Source: the human T2T-CHM13v2.0 reference genome, Homo sapiens. From it: 64,000 bases of DNA. The position numbers and the translations under genes are program-made. The notes beneath the pieces are model-generated. The model worked only from the letters and a program-made list of their open reading frames with translations. It was not told the origin of the DNA and made no database searches. Below are positions 29,901 to 43,200 of this stretch, in pieces. The stretch lies in the NCBI RefSeq assembly GCF_009914755.1, contig NC_060933.1, one strand, 5' to 3'. Numbering within the stretch: position 1 is the first letter of the stretch; the number at the start of each line of letters is the position of its first letter.

Positions 29901-32900
29901 CTCGATTGCAATGGAATGGAATGGAATGGAAAGGAATACATTGGAATCAACCCGAGTGGAATGGAATGGAAAGGAATGGAATGGAGTGGAATGGAATGGA
30001 ATGGAATGGAATCAACTCGATTGGAATGGAATGGAATGGAATGGAATGGAATTAATCCGAATAGAATGGAATGGAATGGAATGGAATGGAAGGGAACGGA
30101 ATGGAATGGAATGGAATGGAATGGAATGGAAGGGAAACAACCCGACTGCAGGGGAATGGAATGGAATGGAATGCAATGGAATGGAATGCAATGGAATTGA
30201 ATCAACCCGAGTACAATGGAATGGAATGGAATGGAATGGAATGGAATGGAATGGAATCGAATGGAATGATACGGAATAGAATGGAATGGAACGAAATGGA
30301 ATGGAATGGAATGGAATGGAATGGAATCGTTCTGAGTGGAATAGGAGGGAATGTATTCGAGTGGAATGGAAAGGAATGGTATCAACCAGAGTGGAATGGA
30401 AGGGAATGGAATGGAATGGAAACTAATAGAATGGAATCAACCCGAGTGGAATGGAATGGAAAGGACTGCAATGGAATGGAATGGAATGGAATCAACTCGA
30501 TTGTAATGGAATGGAATGGAATGGAATGGAATGGAATTAACCCGAATACAATGGAATGGAATGGAATGGAATGCAATGGAATGGAATGGAATGGAAAGGA
30601 ATAAATTGGAATCAACCCCAGTGGAATGGAATGGAAAGGACTGGAATGGAGTGGAATGGAATGGAATGGAATGGAATGGAATCAACTCGATTGGAATGGA
30701 ATGGAATGGAACGGAGTGGAATGGAATGGAATCAACCAGAGTGCAATGGAATGGAGTGGAATGGAATGGAATGGAATGGAACAACCCGAATGGAATGGAA
30801 TGTAATGGAGAGTAAGGGAGTTGAATAGAATCAATCCGAATGTAATGGAATGGAATGGAACGGAATGGAATTGAATGGAATGGAATGGAATGCAATGGAA
30901 TGGAATCAACCCGAGTGCAATGGAATGGAGAGGAATGGAATGGAATGCAACGGAACGGAATGGAATGGAATGGAATGGAATGGAACGGAACGGAACGGAA
31001 CGGAATGGATGGAATGGAATGGAATGGAATGGAATGGAATCAACGCGAGTGCAGGGGAATGGAATGGAATGGAATGCAATGGAATGGAATCTTCCGGAAT
31101 GGAATGGAATGGAATGGAATGGAATGGAATGAAATGCAATGGATTCAACTCGATTGCAATGGAATGGAATAGAATGGAATGGAATGGAATGGAATGGAAT
31201 GGAATTAACCCGCATAGAATGGAATGGAATGGAATGGAATGGAATGGAATTAATTCGAATAGAATGGAATGGAATGGAATGGAACGGAATGGAACGGAAA
31301 GGAATGGTACGGAATAGAATGGAATGGAACGAATTGTAATGGAATGGAATTGAATGGAATGGAATGGAATGGAATGGAATCAACGCGAGTGCAGGGGAAT
31401 GTAATGGAACGGAATGCAATGGAATGGAATCATCCGGAAAGGAATGGAATGGAATGGAATGGAATGGAATGGAATGGAATGGAATCAACCCGAGTGCAAT
31501 GGAATGGAGTGGAATGGAATGGAATGGAATGGAACAACCCGAAAGGAATGGAATGTAATGGAGAGTAAGGGAGTTGAATAAAATCAATCCGAATGTAATG
31601 GAATGGAATGCAACGGAATGGAAAGGAATGGAATGGAATGGAATGCAATGGAATGGAATCAACCCGAGTACAATGGAATGGAATGGAATGGAATGGAATG
31701 GAATGGAATGGAATGATACGGAATAGAATGGAATGGAACGAAATGGAATGGAATGGAATGGAATGGAATGGAATGGAATGGAATCGTTCTGAGTGGAATA
31801 GGAGGGAATGTATTCGAGTGGAATGTAAAGGAATGGAAAAAACCTGAGTGGAATGGAAGGGAATGGAATGGAATGGAAACTAATAGAATGGAATCAACCC
31901 GAGAGGAATGGAATGGAAAGGACTGGAATGGAATGGAATGGAATGGAATCAACTCGATTGTAATGGAATGGAATGGAATGGAATGGAATGGAATGGAATT
32001 AACCCGAATACAATGCAATGGAATGGAATGGAACGGAATGGAGTGGAATCGAATGGAATCAACCCGAGTGCAGGGGAATGGAATGGAATGGAATGCAATG
32101 GAATGGAATCATCCGGAATGGAATGGAATGGAATGGAATGCAAAGCAATGGAATCAACTCGATTGCAATGGAATGGAATGGAATGGAATGGAATGGAATT
32201 AATCCGAATAGAATGGAATGGAATGGAATGGAACGGAACGGAATGGAATGGAATGGAATGGAATGGAATGGAATGGAATTGAATGGAATGGAATGGAATG
32301 GAAACAACCCGACTGCAGGGGAATGGAATGGAATGGAATGCAATGGAATGGATTCAACTTGAATGGAATGGAAAGAATGGAATCAACACGATTGGAATGG
32401 CATGGATTGGAATGGAATGGAATGGAATCAACCCGAGTACAGGGGAATGGAATGGAATGGAATGCAATGGAATGGAATCATCCGTAATGGAATGGAAAGG
32501 AATGGAATGGAATGGAATGGAATGGAATGGAATGGAATCAACTCGATTGCAATCGAATGGAATGGAATGAAATTAACCTGAATAGAATGGAATGGAATGG
32601 AATGGAACGGAACAGAACGGAATGGAATGGATTGGAATGGAATGGAATGGAATGGAATGGAATGGAATGGAATGGAATGATACGGAATAGAATGGAATGG
32701 AACGAAATGGAATGGAATGGAATGGAATGGAATGGAATCGTTCTGAGTGGAATAGGAGGGAATGTATTCGAGTGGAATGGAAAGGAATGGAAAAAACCTG
32801 AGTGGAATGGAAGGGAATGGAATGGAATGGAAACTAATAGAATGGAATCAACCCGAGAGGAATGGAATGGAAAGGACTGGAATGGAATGGAATGGAATGG

Positions 32901-34699
32901 AATCAACTCGATTGTAATGGAATGGAATGGAATGGAATGGAATGCAATGGAATTAACCCGAATACAATGCAATGGAATGGAATGGAACGGAATGGAGAGG
33001 AATGGAATGGAATCAACCCGAGTGCAGGGGAATGGAATGGAAAGGAATGCAATGGAATGGAATCATCCGGAATGGAATGGAATGGAATGGAATGCAAAGC
33101 AATGGAATCAACTCGATTGCAATGGAATGGAATGGAATGGAAAGGAATACATTGGAATCAACCCGAGTGGAATGCAATGGAAAGGAATGGAATGGAGTGG
33201 AATGGAATGGAATGGAATGGAATGGAATCAACTCGATTGGAATGGAATGGAATGGAATGGAATGGAATGGAATGGATTGGAATGGAATTAATCCGAATAG
33301 AATGGAATGGAATGGAACGGAACAGAACGGAATGGAATGGAATGGAATGGAATGGAATGGAATGGAATGGAATGGAATGGAAACAACCCGACTGCAGGGG
33401 AATGGAATGGAATGGAATGCAATGGAATGGATTCAACTTGAATGGAATGGAAAGAATGGAATCAACACGAGTGGAATGGCATGGATTGGAATGGAATGGA
33501 ATGGAATCAACACGAGTACAGGGGAATGGAATGGAATGGAATGCAATGGAATGGAATCATCCGGAATGGAATGGAATGGAATGCAATGGAATGGAATGGA
33601 ATGGAATCAACTCGATTGCAATCGAATGGAATGGAATGCAATTACCCCGAATAAAATGGAATGGAATGGAATGGAACGGAACGGAACGGAATGGAAAGGA
33701 TTGGAATGGAATGGAATGGAATGGAATGGAACGGAAAGGAATGGAATGGAATGGAATGGAATGGAATGGAATGGAATGGAATGGAATGGAATGGAATCAA
33801 CGCGAGTGCAGGGGAATGGAATGGAATGGAATGCAATGGAATGGAATCTTCCGGAATGGAATGGAATGGAATGGAATGGAATAAACCCCAGTGCAATGGA
33901 ATGGAGTGGAATGGAATGGAATGGAATGGAACAACCCGAATGGAATGGAATGTAATGGAGAGTAAGGGAGTTGAATAGAATCAATCCGAATGTAATGGAA
34001 TGGAATGGAACGGAATGGAATTGAATGGAATGGAATGGAATGCAATGGAATGGAATCAACCCGAGTGCAATGGAATGGAGAGGAATGGAATGGAATGGAA
34101 TGGAAACTACCCGAATGGAATGGAATGTAATGGAGTGTAAGGGAATTGAATAGAATCAATCCGAATGTAAAGGAATGGAATGGAACGGAATGGAATGGAA
34201 TGGAATGGAATGGAATGGAAAGGAATGCAATGGAATGGAATCAACCCGAGTGCAATCGAATGGAATCGAATGGAATGGAATGCAATGGAATGGATTCAAC
34301 TTGAATGGAATGGAAAGAATGGAATAAACACGAGTGGAATGGCATGGATTGGAATGGAATGGAATGGAATCAACCCGAGTACAGGGGAATGGAATGGAAT
34401 GGAATGCAATGGAATGGAATGGAATGGAATTCAACTCGATTGCAATCGGATGGAATGGAATGGAATTAACCAGAATAGAATGGAATGGAATGGAATGGAA
34501 TGGAATGGAACGGAACGGCATGGAATGGAATGGAATGGAATGGAATGGAATGGAACGGAACAGAACGGAATGGATGGAATGGAATGGAATGGAATGGAAT
34601 AAACGCGACTGCAGGGGAATGGAATAGAGTGGAATGCAATGGAATGGAATCTTCCGGAATGGAATGGAATGGAATGGAATGGAATGAACTGCAATGGAT

Positions 34700-37600
34700 T
34701 CAACTCGATTGCAATGGAATGGAATAGAATGGAATGGAATGGAATGGAATGGAATTAACCCGAATAGAATGGAATGGAATGGAATGGAACGGAATGGAAC
34801 GGAATGGAACGGAATGGAATGGAATGGAATGGAATGGAATGGTATGGAATGGAATGTAATGGTACTGAATAGAATGGAATGGAACGAATTGTAATGGAAT
34901 GGAATTGAATGGAATGCAATAGAATGGAATGGAATCAACGCGAGTGCAGGGGAATGTAATGGAACGGAATGCAATGGAATGGAATCTTCCGGAATGGAAT
35001 GGAATGGAATAGAATGGAATGGAATCAACCCGAGTGCAATGGAATGGAGTGGAATGGAATGGAATGGAATGGAACAACCCGAATGGAATGGAATGTAATG
35101 GAGAGTAAGGGAGTTGAATAGAATCAATCCGAATGTAATGGAATGGAATGCAACGGAATGGAATGGAATGGAATGGAATGGAATGGAATGGAATGGAATG
35201 GAATGCAATGCCATGGAATCAACCCGAGTGCCATAGAATGGAATCGAATGGAATGGAATGCAATGGAATGGATTCAACTTGAATGGAATGGAAAGAATGG
35301 AATCAACACGAGTGGAATGGCATGGATTGGAATGGAATGGAATGGAATCAACCCGAGTACAGGGGAATGGAATGGAATGGAATGCAATGGAATGGAATCA
35401 TCCTTAATGGAATGGAAAGGAATGGAATGGAATGGAATGGAATGGAATCAACTCGATTGCAATCGAATGGAATGGAATGGAATTAACCCGAATAGAATGG
35501 AATGGAATGTAATGGAATGCAACGGAACGGAATGGAATGGAATGGAATGGAATGGAATGGAATGGAATGGAACGGAACGGAACGGAATGGAATGGAATGG
35601 AATGGAATGGAATCAACGCGAGTGCAGAGGAATGTAATGGAATGGAATGCAATGGAATGGAATCTTCCGGAATAGAATGGAATGGAATGGAATGGAATGA
35701 AATGCACTGGATTCAACTCGATTGCAATGGAATGGAATAGAATGGAATGGAATGGAATGGAATGGAATTAATCCGAATAGAATGGAATGGAATGGAATGG
35801 AACGGAATGGAACGGAATAGAATGGAATGGAATGGAATGGTATGGAATGGAATGGAATGGTACGGAATAGAATGGAATGGAACGAATTGTAATGGAATGG
35901 AATTGAATGGAATGGAATGGAATGGAATGGAATCAACGCGAGTGCAGGGGAATGTAATGGAACGGAATGCAATGGAATGGAATCATCCGGAATGGAATGG
36001 AATGGAATGTAATGGAATCAACCCGAGTGCAATGGAATGTAATGGAGAGTAAGGGAGTTGAATAGAATCAATCCGAATGTAATGGAATAGAATGTAACGG
36101 AATGGAATGGAATGGAATGGAAAGGAATGGAATGGAATGCAATGGAATTGAATCAACCCGAGTACAATGGAATGGAATGGAATGGAATGGAATGGAATGG
36201 AATGGAATCGAATGGAATGATACGGAATAGAATGGAATGGAACGAAATGGAATGGAATGGAATGGAATGGAATGGAATCGTTCTGAGTGGAATAGGAGGG
36301 AATGTATTCGAGTGGAATGGAAAGGAATGGTATCAACCAGAGTGGAATGGAAGGGAATGGAATGGAATGGAAACTAATAGAATGGAATCAACCCGAGTGG
36401 AATGGAATGGAAAGGACTGGAATGGAATGGAATGGAATAGAATCAACTCGATTGTAATGCAATGGAATGGAATGGAATGGAATGGAATGGAATTAACCCG
36501 AATACAATGGAATGGAATGGAATGGAACGGAATGGAGTGGAATGGAATGGAATCAACCCGAGTGCAGGGGAATGGAATGGAATGGAATGCAATGGAATGG
36601 AATCATCCGGAATGGAATGGAATGGAATGGAATGCAAAGCAAAGGAATCAACTCGATTGCAATGGAATGGAATGGAATGGAGAGGAATAAATTGGAATCA
36701 ACCCCAGTGGAATGGAATGGAAAGGACTGGAATGGAGTGGAATGGAATGGAATGGAATGGAATGGAATCAACTCGATTGGAATGGAATGGAATGGAATGG
36801 AATGGAATGGAATGGAATGGAATCAACCCGAGTGCAATGGAATGGAGTGGAATGGAATGGAATGGAATGGAACAACCCGAATGGAATGGAATGTAATGGA
36901 GAGTAAGGGAGTTGAATAGAATCAATCCGAATGTAATGGAATGGAATGGAACGGAATGGAATTGAATGGAATGGAATGGAATGCAATGGAATGGAATCAA
37001 CCCGAGTGCAATGGACTGGAGAGGAATGGAATGGAATGCAACGGAACGGAATGGAATGGAATGGAATGGAATGGAATGGAACGGAACGGAACGGAATGGA
37101 TGGAATGGAATGGAATGGAATGGAATGGAATCAACGCGATTGCAGGGGAATGGAATGGAATGGAATGCAATGGAATGGAATCTTCCGGAATGGCATGGAA
37201 TGGAATGGAATGGAATGAAATGCAATGGATTCAACTCGATTGCAATGGAATGGAATAGAATGGAATGGAATGGAATGGAATGGAATGGAATGGAATTAAC
37301 CCGCATAGAATGGAATGGAATGGAATGGAATGGAATGGAATGGAATGGAATTAATTCGAATAGAATGGAATGGAATGGAATGGAACGGAATGGAATGGAA
37401 TGGAATGGTACGGAATAGAATGGAATGGAACGAATTGTAATGGAATGGAATTGAATGGAATGGAATGGAATGGAATGGAATCAACGCGAGTGCAGGGGAA
37501 TGTAATGGATCGGAATGCAATGGAATGGAATCATCCGGAATGGAATGGAATGGAATGGAATGGAATGGAATCTACCCGAGTGCAATGGAATGGAGTGGAA

Positions 37601-40600
37601 TGGAATGGAATGGAATGGAACAACCCGAATGGAATGGAATGTAATGGAGAGTAAGGGAGTTGAATAGAATCAATCCGAATGTAATGGAATGGAATGCAAC
37701 GGAATGGAATGGAATGGAATGGAATGGAATGGAATGGAATGCAATGGAATGGAATCAACCCGAGTACAATGGAATGGAATGGAATGCAATGGAATGGAAT
37801 GGAATGGAATGGAATGGAACGATACGGAATAGAATGGAATGGAACGAAGTGGAATGGAATGGAATGGAATGGAATGGAATGGAATGGAATGGAATGGAAT
37901 CGTTCTGAGTGGAATAGGAGGGAATGTATTCGAGTGGAATGGAAAGGAATGGAAAAAACCTGAGTGGAATGGAAGGGAATGGAATGGAATGGAAACTAAT
38001 AGAATTGAATCAACCCGAGAGGAATGGAATGGAAAGGACTGGAATGGAATGGAATGGAATGGAATCAACTCGATTGTAACGGAATGGAATGGAATGGAAT
38101 GGAATGGAATGGAATTAACCCGAATACAATGCAATGGAATGGAATGGAACGGAATGGAGTGGAATCGAATGGAATCAACCCGAGTGCAGGGGAATGGAAT
38201 GGAAAGGAATGCAATGGAATGGAATCATCCGGAATGGAATGGAATGGAATGGAATGCAAAGCAATGGAATCAACTCGATTGCAATGGAATGGAATGGAAT
38301 GGAAAGGAATACATTGGAATCAACTCGAGTGGAATGGAATGGAAAGGCCTGGAATGGAGTGGAATGGAATGGAATGGAATGGAATGGAATCAACTCGATT
38401 GGAATGGAATGGAATGGAATGGAATGGAATGGAATTAATCCGAATAGAATGGAAAGGAATGGAATGGAACGGAACGGAACGGAATCGAATGGAATGGAAT
38501 GGAATGGAATGGAATGGAATGGAATGGAATGGAAACAACCCGACTGCAGGGGAATGGAATGGAATGGAATGCAATGGAATGGATTCAACTTGAATGGAAT
38601 GGAAAGAATGGAATCAACACTAGTGGAATGGCATGGATTGGAATGGAATGGAATGGAATCAACCCGAGTACAGGGGAATGGAATGGAATGGAATGCAATG
38701 GAATGGAATCATCCGTAATGGAATGGAAAGGAATGGAATGGAATGGAATGGAATGGAATCAACTCGATTGCAATCGAATGGAATGGAATGGAATTAACCT
38801 GAATAGAATGGAATGGAATGGAATGGAACGGAACAGAACGGAATGGAATGGATTGGAATGGAATGGAATGGAATGGAATGGAATGGAACGGAAAGGAATG
38901 GAATGGAATGGAATGGAATGCAATGGAATGGAATCTTCCGGAATGGAATGAAATGGAATGGAATGGAATGAACTGCAATGGATTCAACTCGATTGCAATG
39001 GAATGGAATAGAATGGAATGGAATGGAATGGAATGGAATTAACCCGAATAGAATGGAATGGAATGGAATGGAATGGAACGGAATGGAACGGAATGGAATG
39101 GAATGGAATGGAATGGAATGGTATGGAATGGAATGGAATGGTACTGAATAGAATGGAATGGAACGAATTGTAATGGAATGGAATTGAATGGAATGGAATG
39201 GAATGGAATTTAATCAACGCGAGTGCAGGGGAATGTAATGGAACGGAATGCAATGGAATGGAATCATCCGGAATGGAATGGAATGGAATGGAATTGAATG
39301 GAATGGAATGGAATCAACCCGAGTGCAATGGAATGGAGTGGAATGGAATGGAATGGAATGGAACAACCCGAATGGAATGGAATGTAATTGAGAGTAAGGG
39401 AGTTGAATAGAATCAATCCGAATGTAATGGAATGGAATGAAACGGAATGGAATGGAATGGAATGGAATGGAATGGAATGGAATGCAATGCCATGGAATCA
39501 ACCCGAGTGCAATAGAATGGAATCGAATGGAATGGAATGCAATGGAATGGATTCAACTTGAATGGAATGGAAAGAATGGAATCAACACGAGTGGAATGGC
39601 ATGGATTGGAATGGAATGGAATGGAATCAACCCGAGTACAGGGGAATGGAATGGAATGGAATGCAATGGAATGGAATCATCCGTAATGGAATGGAAAGGA
39701 ATGGAATGGAATGGAATGGTATGGAATGGAATCAACTCGACTGCAATCGAATGGAATGGAATGGAATTAACCCGAATAGAATGGAATGGAATGGATTGGA
39801 ATGCAACGGAACGGAATGGAATGGAATGGAATGGAATGGAATGGAACGGAACGGAACGGAATGGAATGGAATGGAATGGAATGGAATGGAATGGAATCAA
39901 CGCGAGTGCAGGGGAATGGAATGGAATGGAATGCAATGGAATGGAATCTTCCGGAATGGAATGGAATGGAATGGAATGGAATGAAATGCAATGGATTCAA
40001 CTCGATTGCAATGGAATGGAATAGAATGGAATGGAATGGAATGGAATGGAATTAACCCGAATAGAATGGAATGGAATGGAATGGAACGGAATGGAACGGA
40101 ATGGAATGCAATGGAATGGAATGGAATGGTATGGAATGGAATGTAATGGTACTGAATAGAATGGAATGGAACGAATTGTAATGGAATGGAATTGAATGGA
40201 ATGGAATAGAATGGAATGGAATCAACGCGAGTGCAGGGGAATGTAATGGAACGGAATGCAATGGAATGGAATCATCCGGAATGGAGTGGAATGGAATAGA
40301 ATGGAATGGAATCAACCCGAGTGCAATGGAATGGAGTGGAATGGAATGGAATGGAATGGAACAACCCGAATGGAATGGAATGTAATGGAGAGTAAGGGAG
40401 TTGAATAGAATCAATCCGAATGTAATGGAATGGAATGCAACGGAATGGAATGGAATGGAATGGAATGGAATGGAATGGAATGGAATGCAATGCCATGGAA
40501 TCAACCCGAGTGCCATAGAATGGAATCGAATGGAATGGAATGCAATGGAATGGATTCAACTTGAATGGAATGGAAAGAATGGAATCAAAACGAGTGGAAT

Positions 40601-43200
40601 GGCATGGATTGGAATGGAATGGAATGGAATCAACCCGAGTACAGGGGAATGGAATGGAATGGAATGCAATGGAATGGAATCATCCGTAATGGAATGGAAA
40701 GGAATGGAATGGAATGGAATGGAATGGAATCAACTCGATTGCAATCGAATGGAATGGAATGGAATTAACCCGAATAGAATGGAATGGAATGCAATGGAAT
40801 GCAACGGAACGGAATGGAATGGAATGGAATGGAATGGAATGGAATGGAATGGAACGGAACGGAACGGAATGGAATGGAATGGAATGGAATGGAATCAAAG
40901 CGAGTGCAGGGGAATGTAATGGAATGGAATGCAATGGAATGGAATCTTCCGGAATGGAATGGAATGGAATGGAATGGAATGAAATGCACTGGATTCAACT
41001 CGATTGCAATGGAATGGAATAGAATGGAATGGAATGGAATGGAATGGAATTAATCCGAATAGAATGGAATGGAATGGAATGGAACGGAATGGAACGGAAT
41101 GGAATGGAATGGAATGGAATGGTATGGAATGGAATGGAATGGTACGGAATAGAATGGAATGGAACGAATTGTGATGGAATGGAATTGAATGGAATGGAAT
41201 GGAATGGAATGGAATCAACGCGAGTGCAGGGGAATGTAATGGAACGGAATGCAATGGAATGGAATCATCCGGAATGGAATGGAATGGAATGGAATGGAAT
41301 CAACCCGAGTGCAATGGAATGTAATGGAGAGTAAGGGAGTTGAATAGAATCAATCCGAATGTAATGGAATGGAATGTAACGGAATGGAATGGAATGGAAT
41401 GGAAAGGAATGGAATGGAATGCAATGGAATTGAATCAACCCGAGTACAATGGAATGGAATGGAATGGAATGGAATGGAATGGAATGGAATCGAATGGAAT
41501 GATACGGAATAGAATGGAATGGAACGAAATGGAATGGAATGGAATGTAATGGAATGGAATCGTTCTGAGTGGAATAGGAGGGAATGTATTCGAGTGGAAT
41601 GGAAAGGAATGGTATCAACCAGAGTGGAATGGAAGGGAATGGAATGGAATGGAAACTAATAGAATGGAATCAACCCGAGTGGAATGGAATGGAAAGGACT
41701 GGAATGGAATGGAATGGAATAGAATCAACTCGATTGTAATGGAATGGAATGGAATGGAATGGAATGGAACGGAATTAACCCGAATACAATGGAATGGAAT
41801 GGAATGGAACGGAATGGAGTGGAATGGAATGGAATCAACCCGAGTGCAGGGGAATGGAATGGAATGGAATGCAATGGAATGGAATCATCCGGAATGGAAT
41901 GGAATGGAATGGAATGCAAAGCAAAGGAATCAACTCGATTGCAATGGAATGGAATGGAATGGAAAGGAATAAATTGGAATCAACCCCAGTGGAATGGAAT
42001 GGAAAGGACTGGAATGGAGTGGAATGGAATGGAATGGAATGGAATGGAATCAACTCGATTGGAATGGAATGGAATGGAATGGAATGGAATGGAATCAACC
42101 CGAGTGCAATGGAATGGAGTGGAATGGAATGGAATGGAATGGAACAACCCGAATGGAATGGAATGTAATGGAGAGTAAGGGAGTTGAATAGAATCAATCC
42201 GAATGTAATGGAATGGAATGGAACGGAATGGAATTGAATGGAATGGAATGGAATGCAATGGAATGGAATCAACCCGAGTGCAATGGAATGGAGAGGAATG
42301 GAATGGAATGCAACGGAACGGAATGGAATGGAATGGAATGGAATGGAATGGAACGGAACGGAACGGAATGGATGGAATTGAATGGAATGGAATGGAATGG
42401 AATCAACGCGAGTGCAGGGGAATGGAATGGAATGGAATGCAATGGAATGGAATCTTCCGGAATGGAATGGAATGGAATGGAACGGAATGAAATGCAATGG
42501 ATTCAACTCGATTGCAATGGAATGGAATAGAATGGAATGGAATGGAATGGAATGGAATGGAATTAACCCGCATAGAATGGAATGGAATGGAATGGAATGG
42601 AATGGAATGGAATTAATTCGAATAGAATGGAATGGAATGGAATGGAACGGAATGGAATGGAATGGAATGGTACGGAATAGAATGGGATGGAACGAATTGT
42701 AATGGAATGGAATTGAATGGAATGGAATGGAATGGAATGGAATCAACGCGAGTGCAGGGCAATGTAATGGATCGGAATGCAATGGAATGGAATCATCCGG
42801 AATGGAATGGAATGGAATGGAATGGAATGGAATGGAATGGAATCTACCCGAGTGCAATGGAATGGAGTGGAATGGAATGGAATGGAATGGAACAACCCGA
42901 ATGGCATGGAATGTAATGGAGAGTAAGGGAGTTGAATAGAATCAATCCGAATGTAATGGAATGGAATGCAACGGAATGGAATGGAATGGAATGGAATGGA
43001 ATGGAATGGAATGGAATGCAATGGAATGGAATCAACCCGAGTACAATGGAATGGAATGGAATGGAATGGAATGGAATGGAATGGAACGATACGGAATAGA
43101 ATGGAATGGAACGAAGTGGAATGGAATGGAATGGAATGGAATGGAATGGAATGGAATGATACGGAATAGAATGGAATGGAACGAAATGGAATGGAATGGA
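34700..43200 (+). repeat. Direct duplication with offset ~5.27-5.29 kb (about 34700-37900 repeated at about 39980-43200); an older related copy lies at about 30200-32600
   Basis: GTGCCATAGAA 35228/40510, AATGCACTGG 35701/40983, ATCGTTCTGAG 36277/41559, GCAAAGCAAAGG 36634/41916 and ATAAATTGGAATCAACCCCAG 36687/41969 (all offset 5282; the last also at 30601). CCGCATAGAA 31210/37301/42568. Confidence 0.85.
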
